Virus record (IMG/VR): IMGVR_UViG_3300017917_003822
Location: 1 to 64,000 of that record
Direction: 5' to 3' (one strand)
Length of the DNA: 64,000 nt
This document shows positions 1-8,775 of this stretch, in pieces (position 1 is the first letter of the stretch; the number at the start of each line of letters is the position of its first letter). The translations under genes and the position numbers were made by a program. A model generated the notes under the pieces. It worked only from the letters and a program-made list of their open reading frames with translations, searched no databases and was not told the origin of the DNA.

Positions 1-1704
1 AGTGGTTCATCAGGAACTAGCGGGTCATCAGGAACTTCAGGAACAAGAGGATCCTCTGGATCTAGTGGTTCAAGCGGTTCATCAGGATCTAGTGGTTCAT
101 CAGGAACTAGTGGAGTTAATGGAACACCGGGATCTAGTGGTTCGTCAGGAACAAGTGGAACAAGTGGAGTTAATGGAACACCAGGAACCCCAGGATCTAG
201 TGGTTCATCAGGAACTAGTGGAGCTAACGGAACCCCAGGATCTAGTGGTTCATCAGGAACAAGTGGAACTAGTGGAGCTAACGGAACCCCAGGATCACCA
301 GGAACCCCAGGATCAAGTGGTTCGTCAGGAACTAGTGGAGTTAACGGAACCCCAGGAACACCAGGATCAAGTGGTTCGTCAGGATCTAGTGGGACATCTG
401 GACCTTCTACTAATATAAATGCCACAAACACAACAACTAACACCACATATTATCCGGTTTTTGTTACTGGTGCTGGTGGATCTACTCCTTGGATTAGAAC
501 AACTGCTAATGCATTTACATTTAATGCAGGCACTAATGTACTAACTGCAGACTCTATAACTGCAAATACCCGAATGGATGCTCCTATTTACTATGATTCT
601 AATAATACACTGTATTATGTGAACCCGGCAAGTACATCCAGACTGGATATATTGGAGGTAAATAAAACCATAGATGCTGTTACCTCAGTAACAGCCCCTA
701 TTTTCTTTGACAGAGATAATACCACATATTATGCTAATCCTGCAAGTACATCCAGATTATATGCGATAGATGTGGTAGACCTACTTAGTGTTGCTGCTGG
801 TACTATTCAGGGTAGATTCCACGTTTTCCAATATACTAATTTAGGTGGAACTGCTGGTAATAGCTTAATCCTACAGACCCTTGAAAACACTGGAGGATCT
901 GGGGGTAACAGAGTATTTATAAAAGATTATGCTTTTAGAGACGCTACGGGAACATCTTGGACAACTTGGAGACACCACAACTCCATTGATGTTGACGGGG
1001 TTTATAATACCCCTGGAACCAATACTAGAACATTCTGGGAAAGAGATCCTCTTAGCCAGGTACACTATTTTGGATCTAGCGCAAGCTACACTCTGACGAT
1101 AGACTCTGCAAATAACGTTGTTATTGCAAATAACATAGAAGTACAGGCTAATTCATCAGGTATTTACAGCGATGGTGGAGATTTAGCTGTAGGTGATTTT
1201 AATGGAAATGGTTACGGTGTTTCCCTTTATGCTAACGGTAATCAAAACTTCTCGGTGGCTGAGACTGTTATATATGCATACCAACCTTTAGCATACTATA
1301 ATCTTATTGGTACTGGTACTGTAAATGGTGAGATTGCATACTGGGGCGGGGGATCTGTAACAGCGGGACAATTATATTACTATAACTCTTCCGGTAACTG
1401 GGTTGATGCGGATGCAGATGCAGCTTCCACCGCAACAGGTTTACTAGCAATTGCTAGAAGTACAGGTACAGCATCTAACGTGGGAATGCTTTTAAGGGGG
1501 CATGCAAGATTCACTGCAAATTCAAATTACACGGCTCTTACAACAGTGGGTGCTCCTCTTTACATTTCAACAACCGCTGGAGGATTCTCACAAACCGCAC
1601 CAAACGGAACTGGTGATATTGTAAGGATTATCGGTTATGTCCAAAGTACAGCAAACGATCAGATCTATTTCTGTCCGGATACGACTTGGATTGAACTGGT
1701 ATAA
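1..1704 (+). CDS. Tail fibre-like protein with Ser/Thr-rich collagen-like (Gly-X-Y) stalk; 5'-truncated by the window edge
   Basis: Frame 1 is open from base 1 into the listed 574..1704 ORF. It has 45 uninterrupted Gly-X-Y triplets (4..408), a duplicated APIxxDxxNTxYYxNPASTSRL motif and a C-terminal beta-rich domain ending IYFCPDTTWIELV. Confidence 0.8.
   Translation, partial: SGSSGTSGSSGTSGTRGSSGSSGSSGSSGSSGSSGTSGVNGTPGSSGSSGTSGTSGVNGTPGTPGSSGSSGTSGANGTPGSSGSSGTSGTSGANGTPGSPGTPGSSGSSGTSGVNGTPGTPGSSGSSGSSGTSGPSTNINATNTTTNTTYYPVFVTGAGGSTPWIRTTANAFTFNAGTNVLTADSITANTRMDAPIYYDSNNTLYYVNPASTSRLDILEVNKTIDAVTSVTAPIFFDRDNTTYYANPASTSRLYAIDVVDLLSVAAGTIQGRFHVFQYTNLGGTAGNSLILQTLENTGGSGGNRVFIKDYAFRDATGTSWTTWRHHNSIDVDGVYNTPGTNTRTFWERDPLSQVHYFGSSASYTLTIDSANNVVIANNIEVQANSSGIYSDGGDLAVGDFNGNGYGVSLYANGNQNFSVAETVIYAYQPLAYYNLIGTGTVNGEIAYWGGGSVTAGQLYYYNSSGNWVDADADAASTATGLLAIARSTGTASNVGMLLRGHARFTANSNYTALTTVGAPLYISTTAGGFSQTAPNGTGDIVRIIGYVQSTANDQIYFCPDTTWIELV
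4..408 (+). repeat. 9-nt-period coding repeat, 45 x Gly-X-Y (GSS, GTS, GTP, GVN, GAN)
   Basis: Direct translation of frame 1: a GGN codon every 9 nt from 4 to 400. Confidence 0.95.
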
Positions 1705-1721
1705 AAGATCAGAATAAAATT

Positions 1722-2288
1722 ATGTATTATTTAAATCAAAAACTGGTGTTTGAAGATGATATGATTTATTTTTTGAATAAATCAGGCAACAGACATGAGG
1801 TTATGATGAGTTGGGAAGACCCCTTAATGAAGGCCTCAGCGGATTTCATTTGTCAAAATGGCGGACATATATTGGAAATTGGATTTGGTATGGGCATTTC
1901 TGCAAACTACATTCAACAAAACCAAATACTTTCGCATACCATCATTGAGAGTCATCCCGATGTTATACCAAGAGCTTTAGCATGGGCAGAGAATAAACCG
2001 AATGCCACTATAGTTCAAGGAAACTGGTACGATGTCTTACAAAATCTTGGTGTCTATGATGGTATTTTTTATGATACTTATGGTGACGAGGATTTTAGAA
2101 AATTTCCTGCATCTGTGTTACAGTTAGGCAAACCTGGAACTCTGTTGACTTTTTGGAATCCATTCTCTGAGCCTTCGAATATATTTGGGTTTGATGATGC
2201 TGAATATGATGTACATAATGTAAATCCCCCAAAAAATTCATATTTTGAATTCGATAAATATTATTTACCTAAAATCATAATGAAATAA
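1722..2288 (+). CDS. Class I SAM-dependent methyltransferase, GAMT/Rmt2-like
   Basis: VMMSWEDPLM, motif I ILEIGFGMG, HTIIESHP, YDGIFYDTY. Confidence 0.8.
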   Translation: MYYLNQKLVFEDDMIYFLNKSGNRHEVMMSWEDPLMKASADFICQNGGHILEIGFGMGISANYIQQNQILSHTIIESHPDVIPRALAWAENKPNATIVQGNWYDVLQNLGVYDGIFYDTYGDEDFRKFPASVLQLGKPGTLLTFWNPFSEPSNIFGFDDAEYDVHNVNPPKNSYFEFDKYYLPKIIMK

Positions 2289-2974
2289 TGCCAACTACAA
2301 CAGTAAACGCAACATACCAGGGATATGTTAGAAGAAGAATAATTAACTATATTGATTGGATTCTTGATGTTCGTGATGGTTTAAGCGGAACTCCCGTTAC
2401 CATCACTACCAATACATCAACTTCTCTTGCTATTGAGACGACCGAGACTGTTACCAGGTTGGGTTCTGATGGAATTTGTTCGCGAACTTTTTTATATTTT
2501 GACCTATCCAGTGTTCCTGGAATAATAACAGGAGCAACTTTGAGTGTTTTTGGATTTACTCCAAGTATGTTAAATACTATAACTGTTAAAAGCACAGCTT
2601 GGTCAGGTAGCAATTCTCTGGTTGCTAATGATTTTAGTGCGATAGATTTCAGTACACCTTACAGTAGTTCTCTACTTAGTTGGAGTACGACGGGATATAA
2701 CGACTTCGTAATGAACAGTACAGCTGTTTCCGATATGGTTGCTAATGGATACCTTAATATTGCAGTGATAGAGGCAGATTATGATTATGGTAGTAATTAT
2801 CCACCATTCGGAACTAATAATCAAAATGGTGTTGAATTTTTGGATGCAACATCTCCCATTAAATTAACAGTAACTTACATTAGTATCGAGCCTCTAGGTT
2901 TATCCCCTCTATTAGTAAATAAAATAAATGGAACATCATTTAGTAATATTTCTAAGGTAATAGGTGCGGGATAA
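2288..2974 (+). CDS. Putative virion/fibre-associated beta-rich protein
   Basis: T/S-rich; RTFLYFDLSSVPGIITGATLSV resembles DNRLRE/CBM-like domains; lies in the fibre locus. Confidence 0.5.
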   Translation: MPTTTVNATYQGYVRRRIINYIDWILDVRDGLSGTPVTITTNTSTSLAIETTETVTRLGSDGICSRTFLYFDLSSVPGIITGATLSVFGFTPSMLNTITVKSTAWSGSNSLVANDFSAIDFSTPYSSSLLSWSTTGYNDFVMNSTAVSDMVANGYLNIAVIEADYDYGSNYPPFGTNNQNGVEFLDATSPIKLTVTYISIEPLGLSPLLVNKINGTSFSNISKVIGAG

Positions 2975-3005
2975 TAAAAAATAAATAACCATTTCTTGAT
3001 AAATT

Positions 3006-3419
3006 ATGCCACTACCAGCATCTGGACCATTAGGTTTATCTGACATAGCACTCGAATTAGGGCTTTCTCTTAGTAACGTATCTCTGAGAAGTATGTCAAA
3101 CACGGCTGGGTTCACTACTCCCGATGCTATAAGTGAATTTTACGGATATAGTGCGTACACACTCTATGCTCTTGCTTGGTCTGCGTACGGTCCATGTAGT
3201 TATGTTTATTATGATATTTACCTAAGTGGAGATGGTAAATATTACGTAACAAATGACGGAGGATCTACATTTTCTCTAATGTATAGTGTTGCTGAATTTT
3301 GGTATGAATATCTATATTATGATCCGAATTTCATGGCCGATGTGTTTAATGCATATAGTGTAAATACAACATCCACCGTGATAAATGATGATGGGATATT
3401 TTTAAACAATTGTTTTTAA
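3006..3419 (+). CDS. Small tail fibre-associated protein
   Basis: N-terminus MPLPASGPLGLSDIALELG...ISEFYGYS is typical of small phage fibre-tip proteins. Confidence 0.55.
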   Translation: MPLPASGPLGLSDIALELGLSLSNVSLRSMSNTAGFTTPDAISEFYGYSAYTLYALAWSAYGPCSYVYYDIYLSGDGKYYVTNDGGSTFSLMYSVAEFWYEYLYYDPNFMADVFNAYSVNTTSTVINDDGIFLNNCF

Positions 3420-3430
3420 TAATCAAACTC

Positions 3431-3742
3431 ATGATAGAAAAAATTAAGGAAATAACGATAGATGGGATGGGCACAGCTACTGAGATTTTTTATGAAACTA
3501 GTAGCAGAGGAGCTAAGGAAAATGAGATGCTTGTCTATTATCATCTAAGAGATGTGTCACAATCCACAGTGGCTTTTGATTCTAGAACGAATCAAAATGT
3601 GATTTTACCATATAAGATTGTAAAACGTCAAAGAATTGTGGTTGTTGGGGAAGATTTAATTATGTTAAATCTTGATCCTTTGCATGCCAGGGATATAGCG
3701 GTAAGAGAATCCGGAGTGGAATTAGACAGCGATAATAATTAA
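3431..3742 (+). CDS. Hypothetical protein
   Basis: ORF in operon context; ATG at 3431 preferred over 3410. Confidence 0.6.
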   Translation: MIEKIKEITIDGMGTATEIFYETSSRGAKENEMLVYYHLRDVSQSTVAFDSRTNQNVILPYKIVKRQRIVVVGEDLIMLNLDPLHARDIAVRESGVELDSDNN

Positions 3743-3806
3743 TCACCGAAACTTTTTTGAGTTTCTTTGATAGAGAAGTTGTAGATTTTAATCCAATCGT
3801 CGACAT

Positions 3807-4394
3807 ATGATTTTTAATCAACCCCATAACGACCCTCAAAATTATTACTGGTTTCCTTCAGGTTTTAGTAAAGATGAGCTTGATAGAATATACAGTGATG
3901 TAGCAGAGTTACCCTTTGATCTGGCTACAGTAACAAACGGTACCGATCAGGACGAACATAAAAAAATTAGAAGCTCGTCAATTAAATGGATTCCCAAGGA
4001 TACCAAATGGAACTGGTTATACACAAAATTAATGAATCAAGCCACCGAAGCAAATAATGCTCTCTGGAATTTCGATCTTCTATCAGCGCCTGAATTGATC
4101 CAATATACTGAATATTACGCCTCAGAGGACGGACATTATGATTGGCATCAGGATATTGGTGGAGGTCCAGCAAGTCACCGAAAAGTTTCCATAACTGTCC
4201 AATTATCATCACCTGATGAATACGAGGGAGGTGATCTCGAATTATGGCAGGGTGCATCGGCCATACAGACAGCTCATAGAGGTGCAGGTGTCGTCTTTAT
4301 ATTTCCTAGTTATATGATGCATAGGGTCACTAGAGTCACCAAAGGTACTCGTAGAAGTTTCGTCTTATGGGTTGGAGGATCACATTATAAATAA
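3807..4394 (+). CDS. 2OG-Fe(II) oxygenase (prolyl-hydroxylase/PKHD-like)
   Basis: HxD (YDWHQD), distal His and Arg (MMHRVTRVTKGTRRSFVLW), YEGGDLEL. Confidence 0.9.
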   Translation: MIFNQPHNDPQNYYWFPSGFSKDELDRIYSDVAELPFDLATVTNGTDQDEHKKIRSSSIKWIPKDTKWNWLYTKLMNQATEANNALWNFDLLSAPELIQYTEYYASEDGHYDWHQDIGGGPASHRKVSITVQLSSPDEYEGGDLELWQGASAIQTAHRGAGVVFIFPSYMMHRVTRVTKGTRRSFVLWVGGSHYK

Positions 4395-4399
4395 TAATT

Positions 4400-5605
4400 A
4401 TGATAACCTGTGGTATAGTATCAGTTTTGATAGGTAGAGAATTTTCATTAGACCCTCTGCTGAATTATTTTAATAGAGTAGAAATTCCATATGGGGTTTA
4501 TGCAAATCTATATTTAGTATTGGGTTGTGATAACGAATTTGAAAACATACTAAAAAATAAAATCGAGGGTTTAAAATTGGGTAGAAGATACCTAAATATT
4601 AACTTTATTCCTGGTAACTTAAGATCTAATCCTGATTGGAATTGGGTTGAATGGGAAACACTTAGTAGAATAGAAAAAAAAGAAGATAAACATAAATTTG
4701 CTCTGGAGAACATCGAGATCGGGCTAGAGGCGGCAAAAAATGAAACTTATATTCATTTTGTTGATGATGATACGATACCACCCAACAATGCTTTAGTTGA
4801 TCTATTGGAATCATATCGGAAGATTGATAATTGTGGAATAGCCAGCGGAATCTATTTTAATAAAACATGGGTTGAACCAACAATAGCCGTTAGTAAAATA
4901 GAGGCATCAAGAAGAATAGTAGCTAGTTTTGTAAAAGAAACTTGGAGAGGGTGTTCGATTGATGATTTAGCAATTGAAAATTATAAAGACGTAGGATTTG
5001 TGGGAAATGGATGTATGTTGGTCTCTGGTGAAGATTTAAAAAAAATACTTCCCCTGTCTGAATGGCGGGAGGAAGATGATGATATAGCTCCTCCTGATTT
5101 TATAATATGTAGAAGAATTAGAAGACTGGATAGGGTCATATCCATGGTGCCATCGGTTATAGCTGAGCATCTAGATGAATCCGGAAATCCTGTTGGTCTT
5201 ACTTTGGATTATCTGAGAAATGTAAAAAATTCGGAGGGTGAATTTAACTTTCTTGTTACCCATTACGATGAGTACCTAGATTATACTTCATTAAGTAAAC
5301 AGTATGATGAAATACTAGTTCTACATCATAGAGAAATTCATGATGAAATACCCAGTAAATTACTAGATATCGATAATATAAGAATTATAAGGAGAAGTAT
5401 CAAAGAAACCTGCGAAAGATATAAAAGATATAAAAACGTTGACGGAAACTCCATGAAATATGCAGTTTTAGAAGAGATGCACAATTTTGTGATAGATAAA
5501 TCGAATTATATTGCTTACCATTATGATTCTTTAACAAATACAATATTAAGAGTTCCTTTATTAGATAGCAGGAACTTGAAAAAATTATTAAATCAAAAAC
5601 CATGA
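4400..5605 (+). CDS. GT-A fold (GT2-like) glycosyltransferase
   Basis: YIHFVDDDTIPP DxD motif, VGFVGNGCMLV, PDFIICRR, AEHLD. Confidence 0.7.
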   Translation: MITCGIVSVLIGREFSLDPLLNYFNRVEIPYGVYANLYLVLGCDNEFENILKNKIEGLKLGRRYLNINFIPGNLRSNPDWNWVEWETLSRIEKKEDKHKFALENIEIGLEAAKNETYIHFVDDDTIPPNNALVDLLESYRKIDNCGIASGIYFNKTWVEPTIAVSKIEASRRIVASFVKETWRGCSIDDLAIENYKDVGFVGNGCMLVSGEDLKKILPLSEWREEDDDIAPPDFIICRRIRRLDRVISMVPSVIAEHLDESGNPVGLTLDYLRNVKNSEGEFNFLVTHYDEYLDYTSLSKQYDEILVLHHREIHDEIPSKLLDIDNIRIIRRSIKETCERYKRYKNVDGNSMKYAVLEEMHNFVIDKSNYIAYHYDSLTNTILRVPLLDSRNLKKLLNQKP

Positions 5606-5856
5606 GCGATCAAATAAAATTGTCTCCTGAGGAGATAGAAATAGCTAACCAATTTTATAATAAGAGAACCGAGTATTTAGTTAGGTTAGGTGAGATAAAG
5701 CTTGCCGAGATTACTAATAAAAAAATTGTAGAGGAGACTTATTTCAATTTAACTGAGCTGAATACAAGGGAAACTCAATTTATGGGAGATATGCGGGAAA
5801 GATATGGAGTCGGTTATATAGATTTAGTCGAGGGGTATTATATTAAGAAATCCTGA
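5602..5856 (+). CDS. Small coiled-coil protein (paralog of 6285..6560)
   Basis: C-terminal YGVGYIDLVEGYY matches YGNGKLDFQTGIF of 6285..6560. Confidence 0.65.
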   Translation: MSDQIKLSPEEIEIANQFYNKRTEYLVRLGEIKLAEITNKKIVEETYFNLTELNTRETQFMGDMRERYGVGYIDLVEGYYIKKS

Positions 5857-5882
5857 TATATAAATAAATAACCTCGAATAAT

Positions 5883-6206
5883 ATGACCTACACTTGGGAA
5901 ATAACTAACATAAAAACCGCGGATGTCGGAGATTTTCAGAATGCGGTAATCCAAACATATTGGATAAAAAAAGGAATAGACGAAAAGGGAAAGGTTGGTT
6001 TGTTCAATGGAGCAACCCCAATCCCAACCGAAACCCTCAATAATGAAAATTTCATTCCATATACTCAACTAACAGAAGAGATTGTATTAGGTTGGATTCG
6101 TAGCTATATTGATGAAACATACGAACAACATATAAACAACCAAATACAAAAGCAAATCGACGATCAGAATATAAAGAATCTCGATCTCCCATGGGCTTCA
6201 TCATAA
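5883..6206 (+). CDS. Conserved small phage protein, putative tail fibre assembly-associated
   Basis: TYTWEI...FIPYTQLTEEIVLGWI...LPW pattern; preceded by the late promoter motif. Confidence 0.6.
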   Translation: MTYTWEITNIKTADVGDFQNAVIQTYWIKKGIDEKGKVGLFNGATPIPTETLNNENFIPYTQLTEEIVLGWIRSYIDETYEQHINNQIQKQIDDQNIKNLDLPWASS

Positions 6207-6284
6207 TATATCGAACGTATTGAAATGAAATCTTTACAACGAAACTATTTTAAATAAATCCACTAAAAAATTAAAAATAAAATT

Positions 6285-6560
6285 ATGGAAGATAAGCCAT
6301 TTAAATTACCAGAGGATCTTCTGCTAGAAATCCAAGGTTTAAAAGATGAACTAACAGAAAATGTAGTTAGAATAGGAAAATTAAACGTTCAGAAAGCTTT
6401 TTATGAAAAAGATCTGAATATGATAAATCTTGAATTAGATGCTCTTTATGGGCAGGCCGAAGTTCTTTCCAAAAAAGAGGAGGATCTTCAGGCTAAAGTA
6501 GTTTCGCTTTACGGAAACGGAAAACTTGACTTTCAGACCGGGATTTTTACGAACGAATAA
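6285..6560 (+). CDS. Small coiled-coil protein (paralog of 5602..5856)
   Basis: Heptad pattern and shared C-terminal YGxGxxD motif. Confidence 0.65.
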   Translation: MEDKPFKLPEDLLLEIQGLKDELTENVVRIGKLNVQKAFYEKDLNMINLELDALYGQAEVLSKKEEDLQAKVVSLYGNGKLDFQTGIFTNE

Positions 6561-6575
6561 AAACAACATCCCGCT

Positions 6576-7541
6576 TTGAATAGCAGCATTAAAAAAATAT
6601 TATACATCACGCCTCATCTTTCCACTGGTGGACTTCCCCAGTATCTATGGAAAAAGATTGAGGCTTTTAATTCTTATTTTGATATTCATTGCGTTGAGTA
6701 TAGCTATTTAGGTGATGCTTATGTTGTCCAGAGAAATAGAATATCGAATCTTTTGGGAGAGAGGTTCATTCCTATACATGGTAACGGTGAGAAACTACTG
6801 GAAGTAATCTCTGACATAAATCCCGATATTATTCACTTCGAGGAGTTCTGTGAAAGCTTTGTTCCTGACGATGTTCTATCCAAAATATTTTCAAATACTA
6901 GAGACTACCTAATATGTGAAACATGCCACAGTTCAGTGACCGACGTGGAGAGCAAAATATACAGACCAGATATGCTTATAATGGTCTCTAAATGGATTGA
7001 TGATAAATTTAAAAAACTGGGAATACCCTCAAGAATACTTGAATATCCAATAGAAAACAAAATCCCTGATAAGTATCTAAGTATGGCTTATTTAGGTCTG
7101 GATCCCAATTTTAAACATGTTATAAATGTGGGACTTTTTACTCCAGGAAAGAATCAGTCAGAAATCTTTGAATATGCAAGGTTGTCGTTAAAGAATGGAC
7201 TTCCGATAAAATATCATTTCATTGGAAATACTGCTGATAACTTTAGAGATTATTGGGAACCTCTTCTTTCAGATGTTCCTGATAATTGCGTTATTTGGGG
7301 GGAAAGAAACGATGTGGATCTTTTTTATCAGGCTGCTGATATTTTTCTTTTCACCTCAAATTTTGAATTAAATCCGCTTTCTATAAAAGAGGCATTATCA
7401 TGGGGACTTCCCTCTTTTTTTAAAAGACTCCCAACTTATTTAGATACCTATGATAATAATTCTAACGTTTATTACCTAACTGAGAATATCGAGACAAATT
7501 TTTCTATAATTATAAATACACTCAATCAGGAATGGAGATAG
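6576..7541 (+). CDS. GT-B (GT4-like) glycosyltransferase
   Basis: PHLSTGGLPQY, NVGLFTPGKNQ, FYQAADIFLFTSNFELNPLSIKEAL (ExxxxxxxE). Confidence 0.85.
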   Translation: MNSSIKKILYITPHLSTGGLPQYLWKKIEAFNSYFDIHCVEYSYLGDAYVVQRNRISNLLGERFIPIHGNGEKLLEVISDINPDIIHFEEFCESFVPDDVLSKIFSNTRDYLICETCHSSVTDVESKIYRPDMLIMVSKWIDDKFKKLGIPSRILEYPIENKIPDKYLSMAYLGLDPNFKHVINVGLFTPGKNQSEIFEYARLSLKNGLPIKYHFIGNTADNFRDYWEPLLSDVPDNCVIWGERNDVDLFYQAADIFLFTSNFELNPLSIKEALSWGLPSFFKRLPTYLDTYDNNSNVYYLTENIETNFSIIINTLNQEWR

Positions 7542-8734
7542 GTGCAAGTTCTAGATTTATCTATGATGATATAAAAAAATCTGAAGGTGTTTATGTTGAA
7601 TTAAACGTGACCCCTCAGATTTATATGTCTTTTGACTATACTCCAAAAATAACAATCACCGGTAGACCGATCGGGGATAATCCGACTAAATATACAACCA
7701 TCATAAAGGATGGATCTGATGTCATCTATAATACCGAGATCCATGCTGGCATGTTTTCGAGCTCCTTCAGGAGAGGGGTTTTTGATTGCAGAATGGAGGT
7801 TTATGCTGATAATTTATTGATTAAGGAGTTTTCTTTATATGATTATCTTAGAAGCGGTAAAGTCTGTGTTTCTATTGATAGTGCTTCTTTGGGTGATACC
7901 ATAGCTTGGATTCCTTATATAGAGGAATTCAGAAAGGTTTATCAAGTTGAGAATCTGATCGTTACAACATTTTATAATGATCTTTTTGAAACCCAATACG
8001 ATCAAATTAAATTCATGCATCCCGGCTATCGTGAGTCAGGAATGGATGTTATCATCGGTATAGGTTGGTATCATGAGGATGATAGAAATATGCATAAAAT
8101 AGATCCGAGAACAATACCACTTCAGAAAGTTAGCAGCGATATTTTAGGATTGGATTACCTGGGAGAAATTAGACCTCAAATAAATAGGGATATAAAATCT
8201 AGACCCACTTCAAAAAAATATGTCTGTATTGCAACCGAATCCACTGCAGGTGCAAAGTACTGGCATTATCCCGGTGGATGGCAAAGACTTGTTAATCTTC
8301 TTAAGATGGTGGGATACGATGTCGTAGTTATACAGAAAGAAAAAAATACACTTTCTAGAGTTATCGACAAGAGCGGTGATATACCATTTTCGGATAGAAT
8401 CAGCGACCTTTTGCAATGTGAATTTTTCATCGGTCTAAGTTCCGGTTTATCTTGGCTTTCTTGGGGTCTTGGAATTCCCACGGTGGTCATTTCAGGATTT
8501 ACCGAACCGTATTTAGAATTCTCAGACAGATGTCTGAGAATAATAAACAGAAATGTTTGCCATGGATGCTTTACGAACCCGAAAAATAAATTTGATAGAG
8601 GTGATTGGTGGTGGTGTCCGGAGCACAAGGGAACTGAAAGATCCTTTGAATGTACACGCACTATAAAACCTGAGGATGTTTTTATCTCAATATTGGACTG
8701 GGTAGAATCTGATTATTCCTCAAGATGTAACTAA
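7532..8734 (+). CDS. Autotransporter-type protein O-heptosyltransferase (Aah/TibC-like)
   Basis: SLGDTIAW, KYW, FFIGLSSGLSWLSW, VVISGFT and the four-Cys iron finger CHGC...FDRGDWWWCPEHKG...FECTRTI. Confidence 0.85.
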   Translation: MEIGASSRFIYDDIKKSEGVYVELNVTPQIYMSFDYTPKITITGRPIGDNPTKYTTIIKDGSDVIYNTEIHAGMFSSSFRRGVFDCRMEVYADNLLIKEFSLYDYLRSGKVCVSIDSASLGDTIAWIPYIEEFRKVYQVENLIVTTFYNDLFETQYDQIKFMHPGYRESGMDVIIGIGWYHEDDRNMHKIDPRTIPLQKVSSDILGLDYLGEIRPQINRDIKSRPTSKKYVCIATESTAGAKYWHYPGGWQRLVNLLKMVGYDVVVIQKEKNTLSRVIDKSGDIPFSDRISDLLQCEFFIGLSSGLSWLSWGLGIPTVVISGFTEPYLEFSDRCLRIINRNVCHGCFTNPKNKFDRGDWWWCPEHKGTERSFECTRTIKPEDVFISILDWVESDYSSRCN

Positions 8735-8748
8735 CCTTTTTAATAGCG

Positions 8749-8756
8749 GATATATA
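8749..8756 (+). promoter_or_regulatory. Late promoter motif GATATATA (neck/terminase operon)
   Basis: Exact copies upstream of many structural genes; analogous to the T4 late promoter TATAAATA. Confidence 0.75.
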
Positions 8757-8775
8757 ATCAAAGTATCTAGCTATA

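Noticed and set aside
2-418. 138-aa ORF with QDLVVHQEL repeats
   Set aside because: Off-frame shadow of the Gly-X-Y repeat; frame 1 is open and continuous with 574..1704.
7500-7545. Frameshift fusing GT4 to the heptosyltransferase (10-nt overlap, -1 frame)
   Set aside because: The second ORF has its own ATG and no slippery heptamer is evident; translational coupling is sufficient.
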